Virus record (IMG/VR): IMGVR_UViG_3300026118_000019 | Span: 4,261-68,260 of that record | DNA from: a virus | DNA: 64,000 bases | Direction: 5' to 3' (one strand) | In this document: positions 1 to 9,626 of the stretch, one piece after another | Position numbering within the stretch: position 1 is the first letter of the stretch | Layout of the letters: the number at the start of each line of letters is the position of its first letter | Program-made: the position numbers and the translations under genes | Notes under the pieces: generated by a model | The model's input: the letters and a program-made list of their open reading frames with translations, nothing else | Database searches by the model: none | Told to the model about the DNA's origin: nothing

Positions 1-8
1 TCATTGGT

Positions 9-1325
9 ATGTCCACTAATGACGATATCCGCATCCAGCTGAATCAAGCCAAAGTCAACATTGACGCGGCCCTGGCCTTGCTGCCGAGCGGCGCTGCGCC
101 CATCACCATCGGTCCCAGCGACAATCTGCAATCCATTCTCAGCACCGCACCTGCGGGATCGATTGTGAAAATGGACCCGCTGTTCGTGCTCGAATCGGAT
201 CTAGTGTTAGTGAAGCCGGTCACACTCATAACCTCGATTGACCCAGGGTCAGCACGAGTTTCATCGTCTCTGAAAGGGGCCACACTACGTGGTGCACTCA
301 CTAGCACGGCGTCAGACGTCTCGTTGATTGGCCTGCGGCTCGAAGGCAAAGTGTCTGGTTCAACGATTGTGACCACGAGCCCGCGCATGGTGATTGACCG
401 ATGTGTGGTGTTGGGCAGCGCTCAGGGCCAACACCGAGGGATTCGTGCGGACAGCGACACCGTGAGCATCACACGCAGTTCGATTAGCAATATCTGGTAT
501 TCGGCCGATTCGCAGGCCATTGCCGGGTGGGATGGATGCAAGCACCTCACGGTTGACGACTGCTATCTCGAAGCGAGCGGGGAGAATGTGCTGTTCGGGG
601 GCGCGGACAGTGTGACCGCCGCAGGCATTCCACAGGACATTTCGATCAACAACTGCACGATGTTCAAACCGCTATCGTGGATTGGCAAAGCCGGGCTGAC
701 CGCGAAGAATCTCTTTGAGACCAAGAGTGTGCAGCGCTTGCATGTGACCAATTGTCGGATGGAAAACTCGTGGGTGAATGGCCAAACCGGTTACGCCATG
801 TTGATTAACGTGCGCAACCAAGATGGGAAAGCGCCCTGGTCGGTGGTAGAAGACGTCACGATTGAAGACTGCACGTTCAACAACACTACGAATGGCATCG
901 AAATCCTCGGGCGTGATTACACCAATCCGTCAGGCGTCATGGACCGCGTCACGATTCGCCGTTGCACATTCACGAACATCGGCACGACCTGGTCCGGTGG
1001 CGCGGCAGGCGGTCGGCAAATCTTTATTACCGGAGGCCCGCGCAACCTCACGCTGGACCACATTTCCTTCGCAGGCAAGATTGAGCCCGAAGGCACCGCC
1101 ATGAGCTTCGACACGCCAGAGTATCCGCTGGTGAATCTGCGCGTGAGCGATTGCCGCTTCCTCGAAGGCTTCTATGGCATCCACGGCACCGGAGCCCCGT
1201 CGTTAGGCAAAGCCGTGCTCGACCTGTATGCGCCTGGCTACATCTGGCAAGGCAACACCATTGTCAAGGGCACGAACACCGTGCAGTATCCAATCGCGTA
1301 TCCGACCGGCACAACTGTCATCTAA
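9..1325 (+). CDS. Right-handed beta-helix (pectate-lyase-like) protein, possible depolymerase
   Basis: 438-aa ORF with repeated parallel beta-helix strands (VxIxxCxF/N patterns) and a short helical N-terminus. Confidence 0.65.
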   Translation: MSTNDDIRIQLNQAKVNIDAALALLPSGAAPITIGPSDNLQSILSTAPAGSIVKMDPLFVLESDLVLVKPVTLITSIDPGSARVSSSLKGATLRGALTSTASDVSLIGLRLEGKVSGSTIVTTSPRMVIDRCVVLGSAQGQHRGIRADSDTVSITRSSISNIWYSADSQAIAGWDGCKHLTVDDCYLEASGENVLFGGADSVTAAGIPQDISINNCTMFKPLSWIGKAGLTAKNLFETKSVQRLHVTNCRMENSWVNGQTGYAMLINVRNQDGKAPWSVVEDVTIEDCTFNNTTNGIEILGRDYTNPSGVMDRVTIRRCTFTNIGTTWSGGAAGGRQIFITGGPRNLTLDHISFAGKIEPEGTAMSFDTPEYPLVNLRVSDCRFLEGFYGIHGTGAPSLGKAVLDLYAPGYIWQGNTIVKGTNTVQYPIAYPTGTTVI

Positions 1326-1449
1326 CGGACAGTTCTAATTATTTTCGTCCAACCGAGCGCAGTGCTTTACTACACGCGAATTTCGCGCTAGCGTTGCTCC
1401 TGACCTGACCCACAACAGGTAGACATGGGACGGCGTTAGGTCACCTAAC

Positions 1450-1956
1450 ATGCAGTGGCAAAATCGGATTGTCGGTGAAGGTGAGAAGCCTGCGGCGCAG
1501 TTTCTCGCCCATCCGTTGAATTGGCGCATCCACCCAACCGCGCAACAGGCCGTGCTCGAAGCGCTCCTGGCCCGGATTGGCTGGGTTCAGCGGGTGGTCG
1601 AGAACCGGCGCACCGGCTACGTGCTCGACGGGCACCTTCGCGTCCAATTGGCGCTCAAAGCGGGTGACAGCACACCAATTCCCTACCTGCTGGTCGACGT
1701 CAGTCCCGAAGAAGAGCAGACGCTGCTGGCCGTCCTGGACCCGGTGAGCGCGCTCGCCGAGGCGGACAAAGAACAGCTGGGCACGTTACTCAAAGCCATT
1801 CAAGCCGAAGACGCGGCGGTGGCCAACCTGCTCAAAGACCTGGCGCTGACCGCGATTCCTCCCCAAGACACCGTGAGTTTCACGATAGAAGATCGCCCCA
1901 CATGTCCGACGTGTGGCCAGAAGCTCAAGAAGGGCACCGCTGTGTCGCGTGACTGA
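1450..1956 (+). CDS. ParB/Srx N-terminal-like protein with C-terminal CxxC knuckle
   Basis: HPLNWRIH...GW...VLDGHLRV motif; CPTCG at C-terminus; lies upstream of terminase. Confidence 0.7.
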   Translation: MQWQNRIVGEGEKPAAQFLAHPLNWRIHPTAQQAVLEALLARIGWVQRVVENRRTGYVLDGHLRVQLALKAGDSTPIPYLLVDVSPEEEQTLLAVLDPVSALAEADKEQLGTLLKAIQAEDAAVANLLKDLALTAIPPQDTVSFTIEDRPTCPTCGQKLKKGTAVSRD

Positions 1957-2659
1957 CGAGCAGACGCCCAAAGACCCGCCTAACGCGCCGTCAGGTAACG
2001 GTGACGTTACCCCCACGATTGCGACCCCTAATTCGTCTACGCCCAGCAAAGGGATTCTCGTCGATTTTGCGAGTCGTGAGCGCAGCGATGGGGATGGGAA
2101 GTCGTCGCAACCAGTAGCGCACGCACCAGTTCCTACTGAGACCTCCACCAAACCGAAGCACACCAATCATGAATTACGTCATCTCCGGGAACAGCGGCGA
2201 CGCCAAGCGTATACCCTCTGGCTCCAAAATATCCCCCTCCGCGAAATCGGGCGGCATCTAGGAGTTAGCGCCAAAACCGTCTGGTATGACATTGAAGCCT
2301 ATCGCCTCAGCGAACACCGCACCCACGCCGTTCCCCTCGAACGCCGGAGAGACAAACTCGTCGAGCAACACGCCATTAACCAACGCGGCCTCTTCGAGCT
2401 GGCCACCAACGCCCCCAGCGCCACCGCCCGCGTGATGGCCCGATCCGAGCTGACCAAGTCCTTTGGCGAAGTCGCCAAACTTCTTGGGGCGCACGCCCCA
2501 GTAAAGATCACGAGCACCAATGCGGAAGGCACCGCCTGGGCACCGTTGGTCGTGACGATGCTGAGCGAGCGCTTCAGCGTCGAGGAGCTACGCGTGCTGG
2601 AACGTGCCGCCAAGTTGAAGCTGTTGCCCCAGGCGGAAGTGATTGAGCACAAAGACTAA
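1949..2659 (+). CDS. Putative terminase small subunit (HTH)
   Basis: HTH LREIGRHLGVSAKTVWYDI, helical core, AKLLG...P tail; upstream of TerL; GTG start chosen. Confidence 0.6.
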   Translation: MTDEQTPKDPPNAPSGNGDVTPTIATPNSSTPSKGILVDFASRERSDGDGKSSQPVAHAPVPTETSTKPKHTNHELRHLREQRRRQAYTLWLQNIPLREIGRHLGVSAKTVWYDIEAYRLSEHRTHAVPLERRRDKLVEQHAINQRGLFELATNAPSATARVMARSELTKSFGEVAKLLGAHAPVKITSTNAEGTAWAPLVVTMLSERFSVEELRVLERAAKLKLLPQAEVIEHKD

Positions 2660-2844
2660 TGCGCACACCTCTTTCTCCCAACGAAGCGCCACGTGAAGAC
2701 GACGGCCAGGTGCCCGAGGCGAAAGCGATTCAGCGTGCCGAGGCGCAGGCGGAGAACGCTGCCTCTTACGCGTATGAGCCGGAGCGGCGGGTCGGGGTAA
2801 AAGACCGCAGGGTCACTGGTAACAATCGCAAGCAGGGAACATAG
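2659..2844 (+). CDS. Hypothetical protein
   Basis: TAATG coupling to upstream gene. Confidence 0.4.
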   Translation: MRTPLSPNEAPREDDGQVPEAKAIQRAEAQAENAASYAYEPERRVGVKDRRVTGNNRKQGT

Positions 2845-2921
2845 CCCGCATTATCAGACACAAGATTTCAAGTTAGCTACGTTTTGCACAGCGTAAGTGC
2901 TTGACATAGGAAGGCGAAAGT

Positions 2922-3128
2922 GTGGACCAGCATCGGCCCCATGAGCAATTCTCGACAGATCGCGCGAGCGTGTGGCGGTCGGTCATGTTGGCGCTCGTGC
3001 TGATTGTCCTGGCGCTGTGCGTGACGTGCGTGATCAACACGAAGCGCTACGTCGAAGCCGGGTTCTGTGAGCAAGTCGACCCTGTCGATCACGTCGCGCG
3101 GTGGCTCAAGTGTCAGGAGGCCAAGTGA
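2922..3128 (+). CDS. Small single-TM membrane protein
   Basis: Hydrophobic VMLALVLIVLALCVTCVI; purine-rich RBS. Confidence 0.5.
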   Translation: MDQHRPHEQFSTDRASVWRSVMLALVLIVLALCVTCVINTKRYVEAGFCEQVDPVDHVARWLKCQEAK

Positions 3129-3349
3129 TTAGCAGCATTCAAAGCACGAGTGGTGGGTCGTTTGTGATTCAAGGCGACGAGTTTGGTGGGCTCTCTGGGA
3201 AGGTCACAGTGGGCGGAAAGCAAGCGAGCGTTGGGTCGTGGGCACCGAACCAAATCTCAGGGACCTGGCCAGAAACCACACCGAGTGGTGAGGTCGCCGT
3301 CTTCACCAGAGACGGGAAAATCTACACGCACCAATACGAGCAACCCTAG
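3125..3349 (+). CDS. Stand-alone IPT/TIG (Ig-like) domain protein
   Basis: IQGDEFGG..GKVTVGG...GSW...I pattern; AGGAGG RBS; GTGA overlap. Confidence 0.55.
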   Translation: MISSIQSTSGGSFVIQGDEFGGLSGKVTVGGKQASVGSWAPNQISGTWPETTPSGEVAVFTRDGKIYTHQYEQP

Positions 3350-3362
3350 CATGCAGCGTCAG

Positions 3363-3905
3363 TTAGCCAATGTAGCGTGCGCAGTTACAGAGCGCGAGTT
3401 GACACACCAATTGGTCAGGGTGTTTCGCGTGCGCGCGATGCAATGCCTTCGCGTGCTGGCAGCTGGCGCGGCGACACACATCAACGCTCGTGTTGAGCGG
3501 TGGGCCGAAGACCTGCGGGTTCGAGGGGAGGGGGACTCCCCCCGGCCTTTTCTCGACAGGGGGGGGTGGGGTGCGAGCGCGGCCTCCGCCAGAAAATCCT
3601 GTCACGGGCTGGGGGACGTCAAGTCCTTTCGGTGGAAGAGTGGAATCGTGCTGAGCGAGTTTCTCAAGGGATGTGCGGTGTTTCTGGAGGACGCGGGCAG
3701 TGGCCTGGTGGACGTCTGTCTGCGAGGCCACACGCGACGCCGCGAGCCGCGCGTCGTGGGGAAGGGCCGCAGGCGGGTCCAGCGGGGACGCGGCCAGGAA
3801 GCGGCGGAGGGCGGTTTCGACCAGCACCTGGACGGAGGTGTGGCGGTCGAAGGCCAGACGCTTGAGGTCGGCGTGGAGGGCGTCGGGGATTTTGAGGGTC
3901 TTCAC
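3363..3905 (-). CDS. Ribbon-helix-helix protein with C-terminal Cys/His cluster
   Basis: N-term MKTLKIPDALHADLKRLAFDRHTSVQVLVETALRRFL; C-term CRRASCQHAKALH...CQLALCNC. Confidence 0.6.
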   Translation of the reverse strand: MKTLKIPDALHADLKRLAFDRHTSVQVLVETALRRFLAASPLDPPAALPHDARLAASRVASQTDVHQATARVLQKHRTSLEKLAQHDSTLPPKGLDVPQPVTGFSGGGRARTPPPPVEKRPGGVPLPSNPQVFGPPLNTSVDVCRRASCQHAKALHRAHAKHPDQLVCQLALCNCARYIG

Positions 3906-3917
3906 GAGTCCCTTTTT

Positions 3918-4340
3918 CTACTTTTCCGTGACGAGTCGACGCAAGGCTTGGTCGACGAGGGCCTCAACAGTCGTTTGCCTGTGGGCTGCCAATCGTTTGA
4001 GGTCAGCATGAACCATGGGGTCGCACTTCAACGATTTACGCGGCGCGGGTCCCAACGGGCGGTTGCCCAAAGATCGGCGACGAATTTTGTTCATGAGGGG
4101 GTCCAACTTATCAATCAGTTGTTGTTCCAACGCCAGGGCTTGTTGGTGTGTGTCGACGGGCAACATCAACACCCTATCCCCAACTTCCGGCTTCACGATT
4201 TCGTGATTTCGCAGACGGCGGAGCCCGTATTTCGTTCCGCCCACATACAGCGTCTGTCGTCCACGTTGCCAGATATAAGCCATTGGGCCGGTAGCTTCTG
4301 GAAAGGCGTCCGTCAATTCTGGTTCGATGGCCACAGACAT
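3918..4340 (-). CDS. GIY-YIG-like domain fused to C-terminal ribbon-helix-helix
   Basis: AYIW...LYVGGT...RRLRNH...ALEQQLI..LDPLMN, then KSLKCDPMVHADLKRLAAHRQTTVEALVDQALRRL. Confidence 0.55.
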   Translation of the reverse strand: MSVAIEPELTDAFPEATGPMAYIWQRGRQTLYVGGTKYGLRRLRNHEIVKPEVGDRVLMLPVDTHQQALALEQQLIDKLDPLMNKIRRRSLGNRPLGPAPRKSLKCDPMVHADLKRLAAHRQTTVEALVDQALRRLVTEK

Positions 4341-4365
4341 CTTGAAATGTCTACAAGTCTACACC

Positions 4366-6063
4366 ATGCCGCGTAGGGTCCCCTATCCCCAAGCCCCGGA
4401 CGATTTCAGCAAGCTGCCGCTGGCGGTGATTCAGGACGCGTTACGGGCGCGGGGGGCGGAGCCGGAGCGGCTGCCGCTGATTGACTTCATTGCGCAGTCG
4501 TGGCCGACGGTGGAGGGGAAGCGGAAGTTTCTCCCGAACTGGCATATCGAGGCGAAGGCGGAAATGTTGACGGCGGTGGCGGACGGGCAGATAGCGAAGC
4601 TGGTGATTAATGAGCCGCCGGGGTTTGCGAAGTCGCTGGTGACGTCGGTCATGTTTCCGGCGTGGCAGTGGGGGCCGAACCTGAAGCCGCACACACGGTT
4701 TCTGTGTTTGAGCTACGGGGGGGACGACGCGAGTCCGGCGGGGCGCGACGCGGAGCGCTGCCGAGATTTGATTCAGTCGCCGTTCTACCAGTCGCAGTGG
4801 GGGACGGTGGTGCAGCTGTCGGATACCCAGAATGCGAAGAGCTACTTTGCGAACAAGCAGAAGGGCTATCGGGTGTCGACGGGCATGGACGGGACGCCCA
4901 GCGGCCAGCGCGCGGACATCGTGGTGATTGACGACCCGACGAAGCTGGACGCCGAGACGCTCGCGGAAATCCTGCACGCGTCGGAGGTCTACGAGCGGAC
5001 GTTGGTCCACCGCGCGCTCGACGAGGGGTCAGCCTTCGTGCTGATTATGCAGCGGCTGCACCCGGAGGATTTGAGCGGATATTTCCTGAAGCAGGACGGG
5101 TGGGTCCACCTGAACTTCCCGCACTTCTACGAGGCGGATCGGAAGTGCCGCGTGTTCCTGGGGCCGACGCTGCTCTATGAGGACCCGCGCACGATTGAGG
5201 GGCAACCGCTGCACCCGTTGATGACGACGGCGATTGAAGCCGCGCACACGCAGCAGAAAATGCGCCCGGATATTTACGACGGGCAGCAGCAGCAACGGCC
5301 GATTGCCAAACACGGCCAGGTGGTGACGCGCATTGATCGGTATGACGCGCTGCCCAACTGGATTGACGAAATCATCATCGTGGTGGACTGCGCGTTCAAA
5401 GCGGAGGAGGACAATTCATTTGTCGTCTTCCAGAAGTGGGCGCGGCGCGAGGCCAACGCCTATCTGCTCGACCAGGTGCGCGAGCATTTGGAATTACCCG
5501 CCACGTGTGAGGCGTTGGTCGCCTTCTGCGCCGTGGAGCCTCAAGCGACGGCCAAGTATGTCGAGGCGAAGGCGAACGGCATGGGGGTCGTGCAGATGTT
5601 GCGCAACCGCGTGGCCGGACTCATGACCACCGATGACGATACCGAAGTGTTGAAGGTGTTCTGCGCGGGGAGCAAAGAGTCGAAGCTGCAAGCGGTGTCG
5701 CCCTACTTCCTCGCGGGCAACGTGAAGATTCCCAGCAAGGCGTATCTCGAAGCCAACGGCCGTTTCGATTGGACGCCGACGTATGTGCAAGAGCTGACCA
5801 CGTTTCCCAAGAGCCGGTTCAACGACCAGGTGGACGCGAGTGCGATGGCCGTATGGCGGCTGCTGCACACGTTCGAGGCACACGTGTCGCAGGCGTCGCT
5901 CATGAAAGATGACCAAGGGAACGTCGGATTGGTGGCGGGGATTTTCGGGGCCGCGTATGCCGACCCCGATATCGCAGGCGAGCGGGTGCGGGTCGGCGGA
6001 TTGGAGAGCGGTGGCGGCGGCGCGCTGATGGGCTTTTGGGATAGCGCCTACGGAAAGGGATAG
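4366..6063 (+). CDS. terL: Terminase large subunit
   Basis: LVINEPPGFAKS Walker A, DIVVIDDP Walker B, IMQRLHPEDL, YVEAKANG and DQVDA nuclease motifs; start could be 4327. Confidence 0.92.
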   Translation: MPRRVPYPQAPDDFSKLPLAVIQDALRARGAEPERLPLIDFIAQSWPTVEGKRKFLPNWHIEAKAEMLTAVADGQIAKLVINEPPGFAKSLVTSVMFPAWQWGPNLKPHTRFLCLSYGGDDASPAGRDAERCRDLIQSPFYQSQWGTVVQLSDTQNAKSYFANKQKGYRVSTGMDGTPSGQRADIVVIDDPTKLDAETLAEILHASEVYERTLVHRALDEGSAFVLIMQRLHPEDLSGYFLKQDGWVHLNFPHFYEADRKCRVFLGPTLLYEDPRTIEGQPLHPLMTTAIEAAHTQQKMRPDIYDGQQQQRPIAKHGQVVTRIDRYDALPNWIDEIIIVVDCAFKAEEDNSFVVFQKWARREANAYLLDQVREHLELPATCEALVAFCAVEPQATAKYVEAKANGMGVVQMLRNRVAGLMTTDDDTEVLKVFCAGSKESKLQAVSPYFLAGNVKIPSKAYLEANGRFDWTPTYVQELTTFPKSRFNDQVDASAMAVWRLLHTFEAHVSQASLMKDDQGNVGLVAGIFGAAYADPDIAGERVRVGGLESGGGGALMGFWDSAYGKG

Positions 6064-6067
6064 CGAG

Positions 6068-6550
6068 ATGCCACAAGGGTATATCACGCGCATTGAAAAA
6101 GACCTGGGGTGGGTGCGCCCGGCCGGGGGGAGCAAGGAGCTGGTGTTCAAACACTGGGCCTTGGCCGCTGAACAGGGTGGTCGGTTCCCGGCCGTGGGGA
6201 GTTACGTGCAGTGGCGCGAAGTGAAGGACCCCGCGCATGGCACGTATCTCACCGAAATTCGTCAGCTCACGCCTCCGGCCGAACCAGCGGATGGGAAATT
6301 CAAGAACGTCTACGACAACGACCCGAAGGTCCCCACCGGGATTCAACGCGTCGTCGGACCCGAGGGTCGCGTGCCGTTAGAGCAGGCCCTGCGGGAAGAA
6401 GAGGCAGCGGCAGATGCCCACGAACCCCTTGCGCGCGTGACGCGCCCAACGGGACCGTTGCATCAACCGGTAGCGACCGAGTGGCAACTACCGTCGGACA
6501 CAGAACCGAGCGAGTCGACGACGACCGCACAGGAAGGCAAAACGACATGA
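6068..6550 (+). CDS. Divergent cold-shock/OB-fold domain protein with acidic tail
   Basis: MPQGYITRIEKDLGWVRPAGGSKELVFKH resembles the CSD RNP1/RNP2 layout. Confidence 0.5.
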   Translation: MPQGYITRIEKDLGWVRPAGGSKELVFKHWALAAEQGGRFPAVGSYVQWREVKDPAHGTYLTEIRQLTPPAEPADGKFKNVYDNDPKVPTGIQRVVGPEGRVPLEQALREEEAAADAHEPLARVTRPTGPLHQPVATEWQLPSDTEPSESTTTAQEGKTT

Positions 6551-6759
6551 CTGGGATGGTGAAGACGACCAATGCGGACAAGCGCTTTGGTTTCGTGCGC
6601 GGGGAAGATGGGCAAGACCGGTTCTTTCACGCGAGCGGGTGTCACCCGCTGTGCAACTTCGATGCGTTGGTGCGTGGCCAGACCGTCGAGTTCGAACATG
6701 AAGATGGGGCGAAGGGACCGCGTGCAAAAAACGTGCGGCTAATCAATGGGCAAAGCTAG
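6547..6759 (+). CDS. Cold-shock domain protein
   Basis: MTGMVK...KRFGFV...DRFFHAS...VEFEHEDGAKGPRAKNVR; ATGA overlap. Confidence 0.88.
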   Translation: MTGMVKTTNADKRFGFVRGEDGQDRFFHASGCHPLCNFDALVRGQTVEFEHEDGAKGPRAKNVRLINGQS

Positions 6760-6958
6760 GCTGCCCGGCTCACGACTCGCGGTGGCGGATGTGCAACGCC
6801 TGGTGACCTTACACGGGGAGGGCTATGGCGTCCCGGAGCTAGCGATTCGATTTGGGAAATGCGAACAGTGGGTGCGCACTCAAGTGGCGTCGGCGGCGGC
6901 GGCGAATAGCAGCACGCGTCCGACGACCGTTGCCATGATGGCTCCGGCGTCATTGTAA
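6746..6958 (+). CDS. Small HTH-like protein
   Basis: LHGEGYGVPELAIRFGKCEQWVR. Confidence 0.45.
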   Translation: MGKARLPGSRLAVADVQRLVTLHGEGYGVPELAIRFGKCEQWVRTQVASAAAANSSTRPTTVAMMAPASL

Positions 6959-6989
6959 AGATTTTTGACGTGATGACCTGGAGTCTGAC

Positions 6990-7724
6990 ATGTGGAATAT
7001 CGACAGTCTCGGCGTGCTCGCCATTATTGGCGCAATACAAATTCTCACCCTCACCATCGTGCAGGCGGTGATTGGTTATTTCAAAGATCAGCGCGACGCT
7101 GAGGCGCGGGCGAAAGAGAAAGCCGAAGACTACAAACGCCAGGATTTAGTGGCCGACCGGGTGGCCGCTGTCGCGCTGCAAGCGAAGGAGGCGGCACGGC
7201 TCGTGGCCGCGCGGGTGGAGACGGTGGCGACAAACAACATGACCGCTAATGCAGATTTGATTGCCCGCACGGATCTGGTGGCGCGGCTGGCATCCGAGGC
7301 CAATGTTCGCGTCGAGGCCCAGCTGATTGCCATCGATGAACAGGGCCGCAAGATTCACATCCTCGTCAACAGCGACATGACCACCGCCCGCACGAACGAG
7401 CGCGACCAGACGCGGCTGACGCTCCTGGCACTCCTGCATGTGAAGGCGCTGAGTCAGAAACTCGGCGTGCCCCTCACCCCCGGAGAGGAGCAGGCCATCG
7501 AGGACGCCAAGATCCGCATCGAAGAGCTGAACCAACTCCTGGCGGACCGCCTGGCGGCGCAACGGCGTGTCGACGACGAGCAGGACTTGCGGCAGAAGAT
7601 GGCCATTAAGCAAATCAAAGTGCTCACAGGCGACGTCGCGTCGCCGGACGAACACGACGCAGGAAAGGTCGTGCTGGGCGAGGTCGTCTCAGTCGACGAC
7701 GAGAAGCCGGAGAAGAAATCGTGA
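6990..7724 (+). CDS. Membrane-anchored coiled-coil protein
   Basis: N-terminal TM helix, long helical region, IHILVNS motif; GGAG RBS. Confidence 0.6.
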   Translation: MWNIDSLGVLAIIGAIQILTLTIVQAVIGYFKDQRDAEARAKEKAEDYKRQDLVADRVAAVALQAKEAARLVAARVETVATNNMTANADLIARTDLVARLASEANVRVEAQLIAIDEQGRKIHILVNSDMTTARTNERDQTRLTLLALLHVKALSQKLGVPLTPGEEQAIEDAKIRIEELNQLLADRLAAQRRVDDEQDLRQKMAIKQIKVLTGDVASPDEHDAGKVVLGEVVSVDDEKPEKKS

Positions 7725-7966
7725 AGCTCTGGCTCGCCACGTTGACGCGCATTGCCGATGCCGTGGAGCGATTAGTCATTGTGCAGGCGGCACTCTATCA
7801 GGACCGGCACGCGGAGCGGCAGGCCCTGACGGAGCTGTCGAGCAATGTGGCCGCGTTGCAGGAAGCGGTTCGGTGTCACGTGGTGGAGTGCACGCACTGG
7901 CAGCATTCGTTGACGCAAGAGGTGCGGCGCGTCGCGGGTGGGTCCGGGAAAGGGGTGACTCATTGA
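7721..7966 (+). CDS. Hypothetical helical protein
   Basis: GTGA overlap with upstream gene. Confidence 0.45.
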   Translation: MKLWLATLTRIADAVERLVIVQAALYQDRHAERQALTELSSNVAALQEAVRCHVVECTHWQHSLTQEVRRVAGGSGKGVTH

Positions 7967-8214
7967 CTTACGAAGAACGTCAGTCGTCGCGCGGGCAGTT
8001 GGCCGCTTGGATGACGATGCAGCGGCGACGCTGCGAAGCCTCAGCGGCCCGGCACACGGCGGTCTATCGGGCGCGCATGAAAGCGTTGGAGTCGCCCCAC
8101 GTGACGGTGAAAGTGCAGGGGTCGGGTGGGGGTGGCGCGAGCAAATACGGGCAGTCCGTCACCGAACGCGGATGGGCCGAGACCACCCAAGACATGGTCG
8201 AACGGGGACGATGA
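7963..8214 (+). CDS. Hypothetical protein
   Basis: TTGA/ATGA overlaps with both neighbours. Confidence 0.35.
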   Translation: MTYEERQSSRGQLAAWMTMQRRRCEASAARHTAVYRARMKALESPHVTVKVQGSGGGGASKYGQSVTERGWAETTQDMVERGR

Positions 8215-8921
8215 AACCACCGCTGGCGATTATCGGCTTCGGTCCGAGTCGGGTGGTGGCTCCCTGGCATGACGCCACCGTGCATATCTGGGGTCTGAAC
8301 GGCGGGCACATGTTGCCGCAGGCCCACGTGCGACCCGACGGGTTCCGCGCCGACGCGTGGTTTCAGATTCACCCGCCTGAAGCCTGCAACCTGGCGGAAC
8401 TGGATTGGATGGCGCAGCTCGAAGCGGGCGTGCTCAACGTGCCGACCTACGTGCGGGAGGCGGACCGCGCGTATTGGGAGCGCACGTATCCGCAAGCCGG
8501 GGCGCGGTTGTTGTTCCGCACCTTCCCCATGGACGTGCTCCGTCGGAAATTCCCTGGGGCGGTCGGCTACGCCAACACGTTCTGTCTCGAACTGGCGCTG
8601 GCGTTGTTGATGGGCTATACCGAAGTCGGGCTTTACGGCGTCGAGTGCACCGGGTGGGGCCGCGAGGTCGCGGTCGAACGGGTCGGCCTCGCTTATTGGA
8701 TTGGCGTGCTGCATGCGCACGACGTGAAGCTGAATCTCCCGACCGACACGACTCTCCTCTACCCGGAAATCTACGGACTTGACTACTGGGCGGAGGCGCG
8801 CAAGGCGGCAGACATTACCGAGCGCGTGCTGCCAATGGACCTGATGGAAGATCGGGAGAATCTCTCGACCATTGCAGCGGTGAATGCTGCGGAGGAGTCA
8901 ACTCATGCCGGAAACAATTAG
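8211..8921 (+). CDS. Rossmann-like putative glycosyltransferase (paralog 1 of 3)
   Basis: AIIGFGPS..APW.....WGLN...WFQIH...LALAL...VGLYGVE...ER....YWIG, shared with 12026 and 22558 genes. Confidence 0.5.
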   Translation: MKPPLAIIGFGPSRVVAPWHDATVHIWGLNGGHMLPQAHVRPDGFRADAWFQIHPPEACNLAELDWMAQLEAGVLNVPTYVREADRAYWERTYPQAGARLLFRTFPMDVLRRKFPGAVGYANTFCLELALALLMGYTEVGLYGVECTGWGREVAVERVGLAYWIGVLHAHDVKLNLPTDTTLLYPEIYGLDYWAEARKAADITERVLPMDLMEDRENLSTIAAVNAAEESTHAGNN

Positions 8922-9015
8922 CGCCCAGCTGCTGGGCATTTGGTTCTGCGTCGGGTTCTTTACGAGCCTGGGGTGGACCGTGGCCGCGTGGCTGGTGGGG
9001 CGGGTGCTGCGATGA
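8905..9015 (+). CDS. 36-aa membrane peptide
   Basis: GGAGGAG RBS; MPETISAQLLGIWFCVGFFTSLGWTVAAWLVGRVLR; below ORF-track cutoff. Confidence 0.5.
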   Translation: MPETISAQLLGIWFCVGFFTSLGWTVAAWLVGRVLR

Positions 9016-9626
9016 GCCGCTATCGTGAACTGATTCGTAAAGCGCGGCTCGCGTTGGCCCTGGACGATGACGACGGCACGCGCGGCGACGTTGCGCCCCC
9101 GGCCGCGCACATGCCGCGCGCCGACGGACACAGTGGCGTGCCGGGCGGGCTCTCGCCGGAGCCTCCGGAAGGCAAGACCGCGTGGGAAATCGAAGAGATG
9201 GAATCGCGCTGTGCGACGTGCGGCCAAGCGTTGAGCACCAACGACAAGGATCGTCTGGGGCTCTGCGAAGAATGCGACAAAAACAAGCCGGTCAAGAAAG
9301 CCTTCGACAAAGATGAGCATGGCTACGGGTCGTATCCGCGTGGCGAGTCGTCGGGCATCGTGGAAGCAAAGCGGAACCCCGGCAAAGAGACACCGGTCAC
9401 CTCACACCGGATCGATGACATCATGGCGAAGAAGGGCGCGCGGCCAGCGACCGTGACCTATCACCCAGGGAAAAACGCTTCGCCCGACGCGAAGCACAAC
9501 AAACCCACGAAACCCGTGGAGAGTCACAAGCCGAATGCGCCGACCGATTATCGTCCGACCTGGCAACAGGATGAGTATCCCTACGGCAAAGGCACGGCGT
9601 CTGGGAAACGCGACCCATGGGACTGA
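9012..9626 (+). CDS. Hypothetical charged protein with CxxC..CxxC
   Basis: ATGA overlap; CATCG...LCEEC. Confidence 0.5.
   Translation: MSRYRELIRKARLALALDDDDGTRGDVAPPAAHMPRADGHSGVPGGLSPEPPEGKTAWEIEEMESRCATCGQALSTNDKDRLGLCEECDKNKPVKKAFDKDEHGYGSYPRGESSGIVEAKRNPGKETPVTSHRIDDIMAKKGARPATVTYHPGKNASPDAKHNKPTKPVESHKPNAPTDYRPTWQQDEYPYGKGTASGKRDPWD

Noticed and set aside
3183-4376. 397-aa plus-strand ORF
   Set aside because: Shadow of the two minus-strand RHH genes, which have recognisable motifs
9290-9360. AFDKDEHGYGSYPRG as another tag copy
   Set aside because: Lacks LHPR spacing and GxF; similarity too weak
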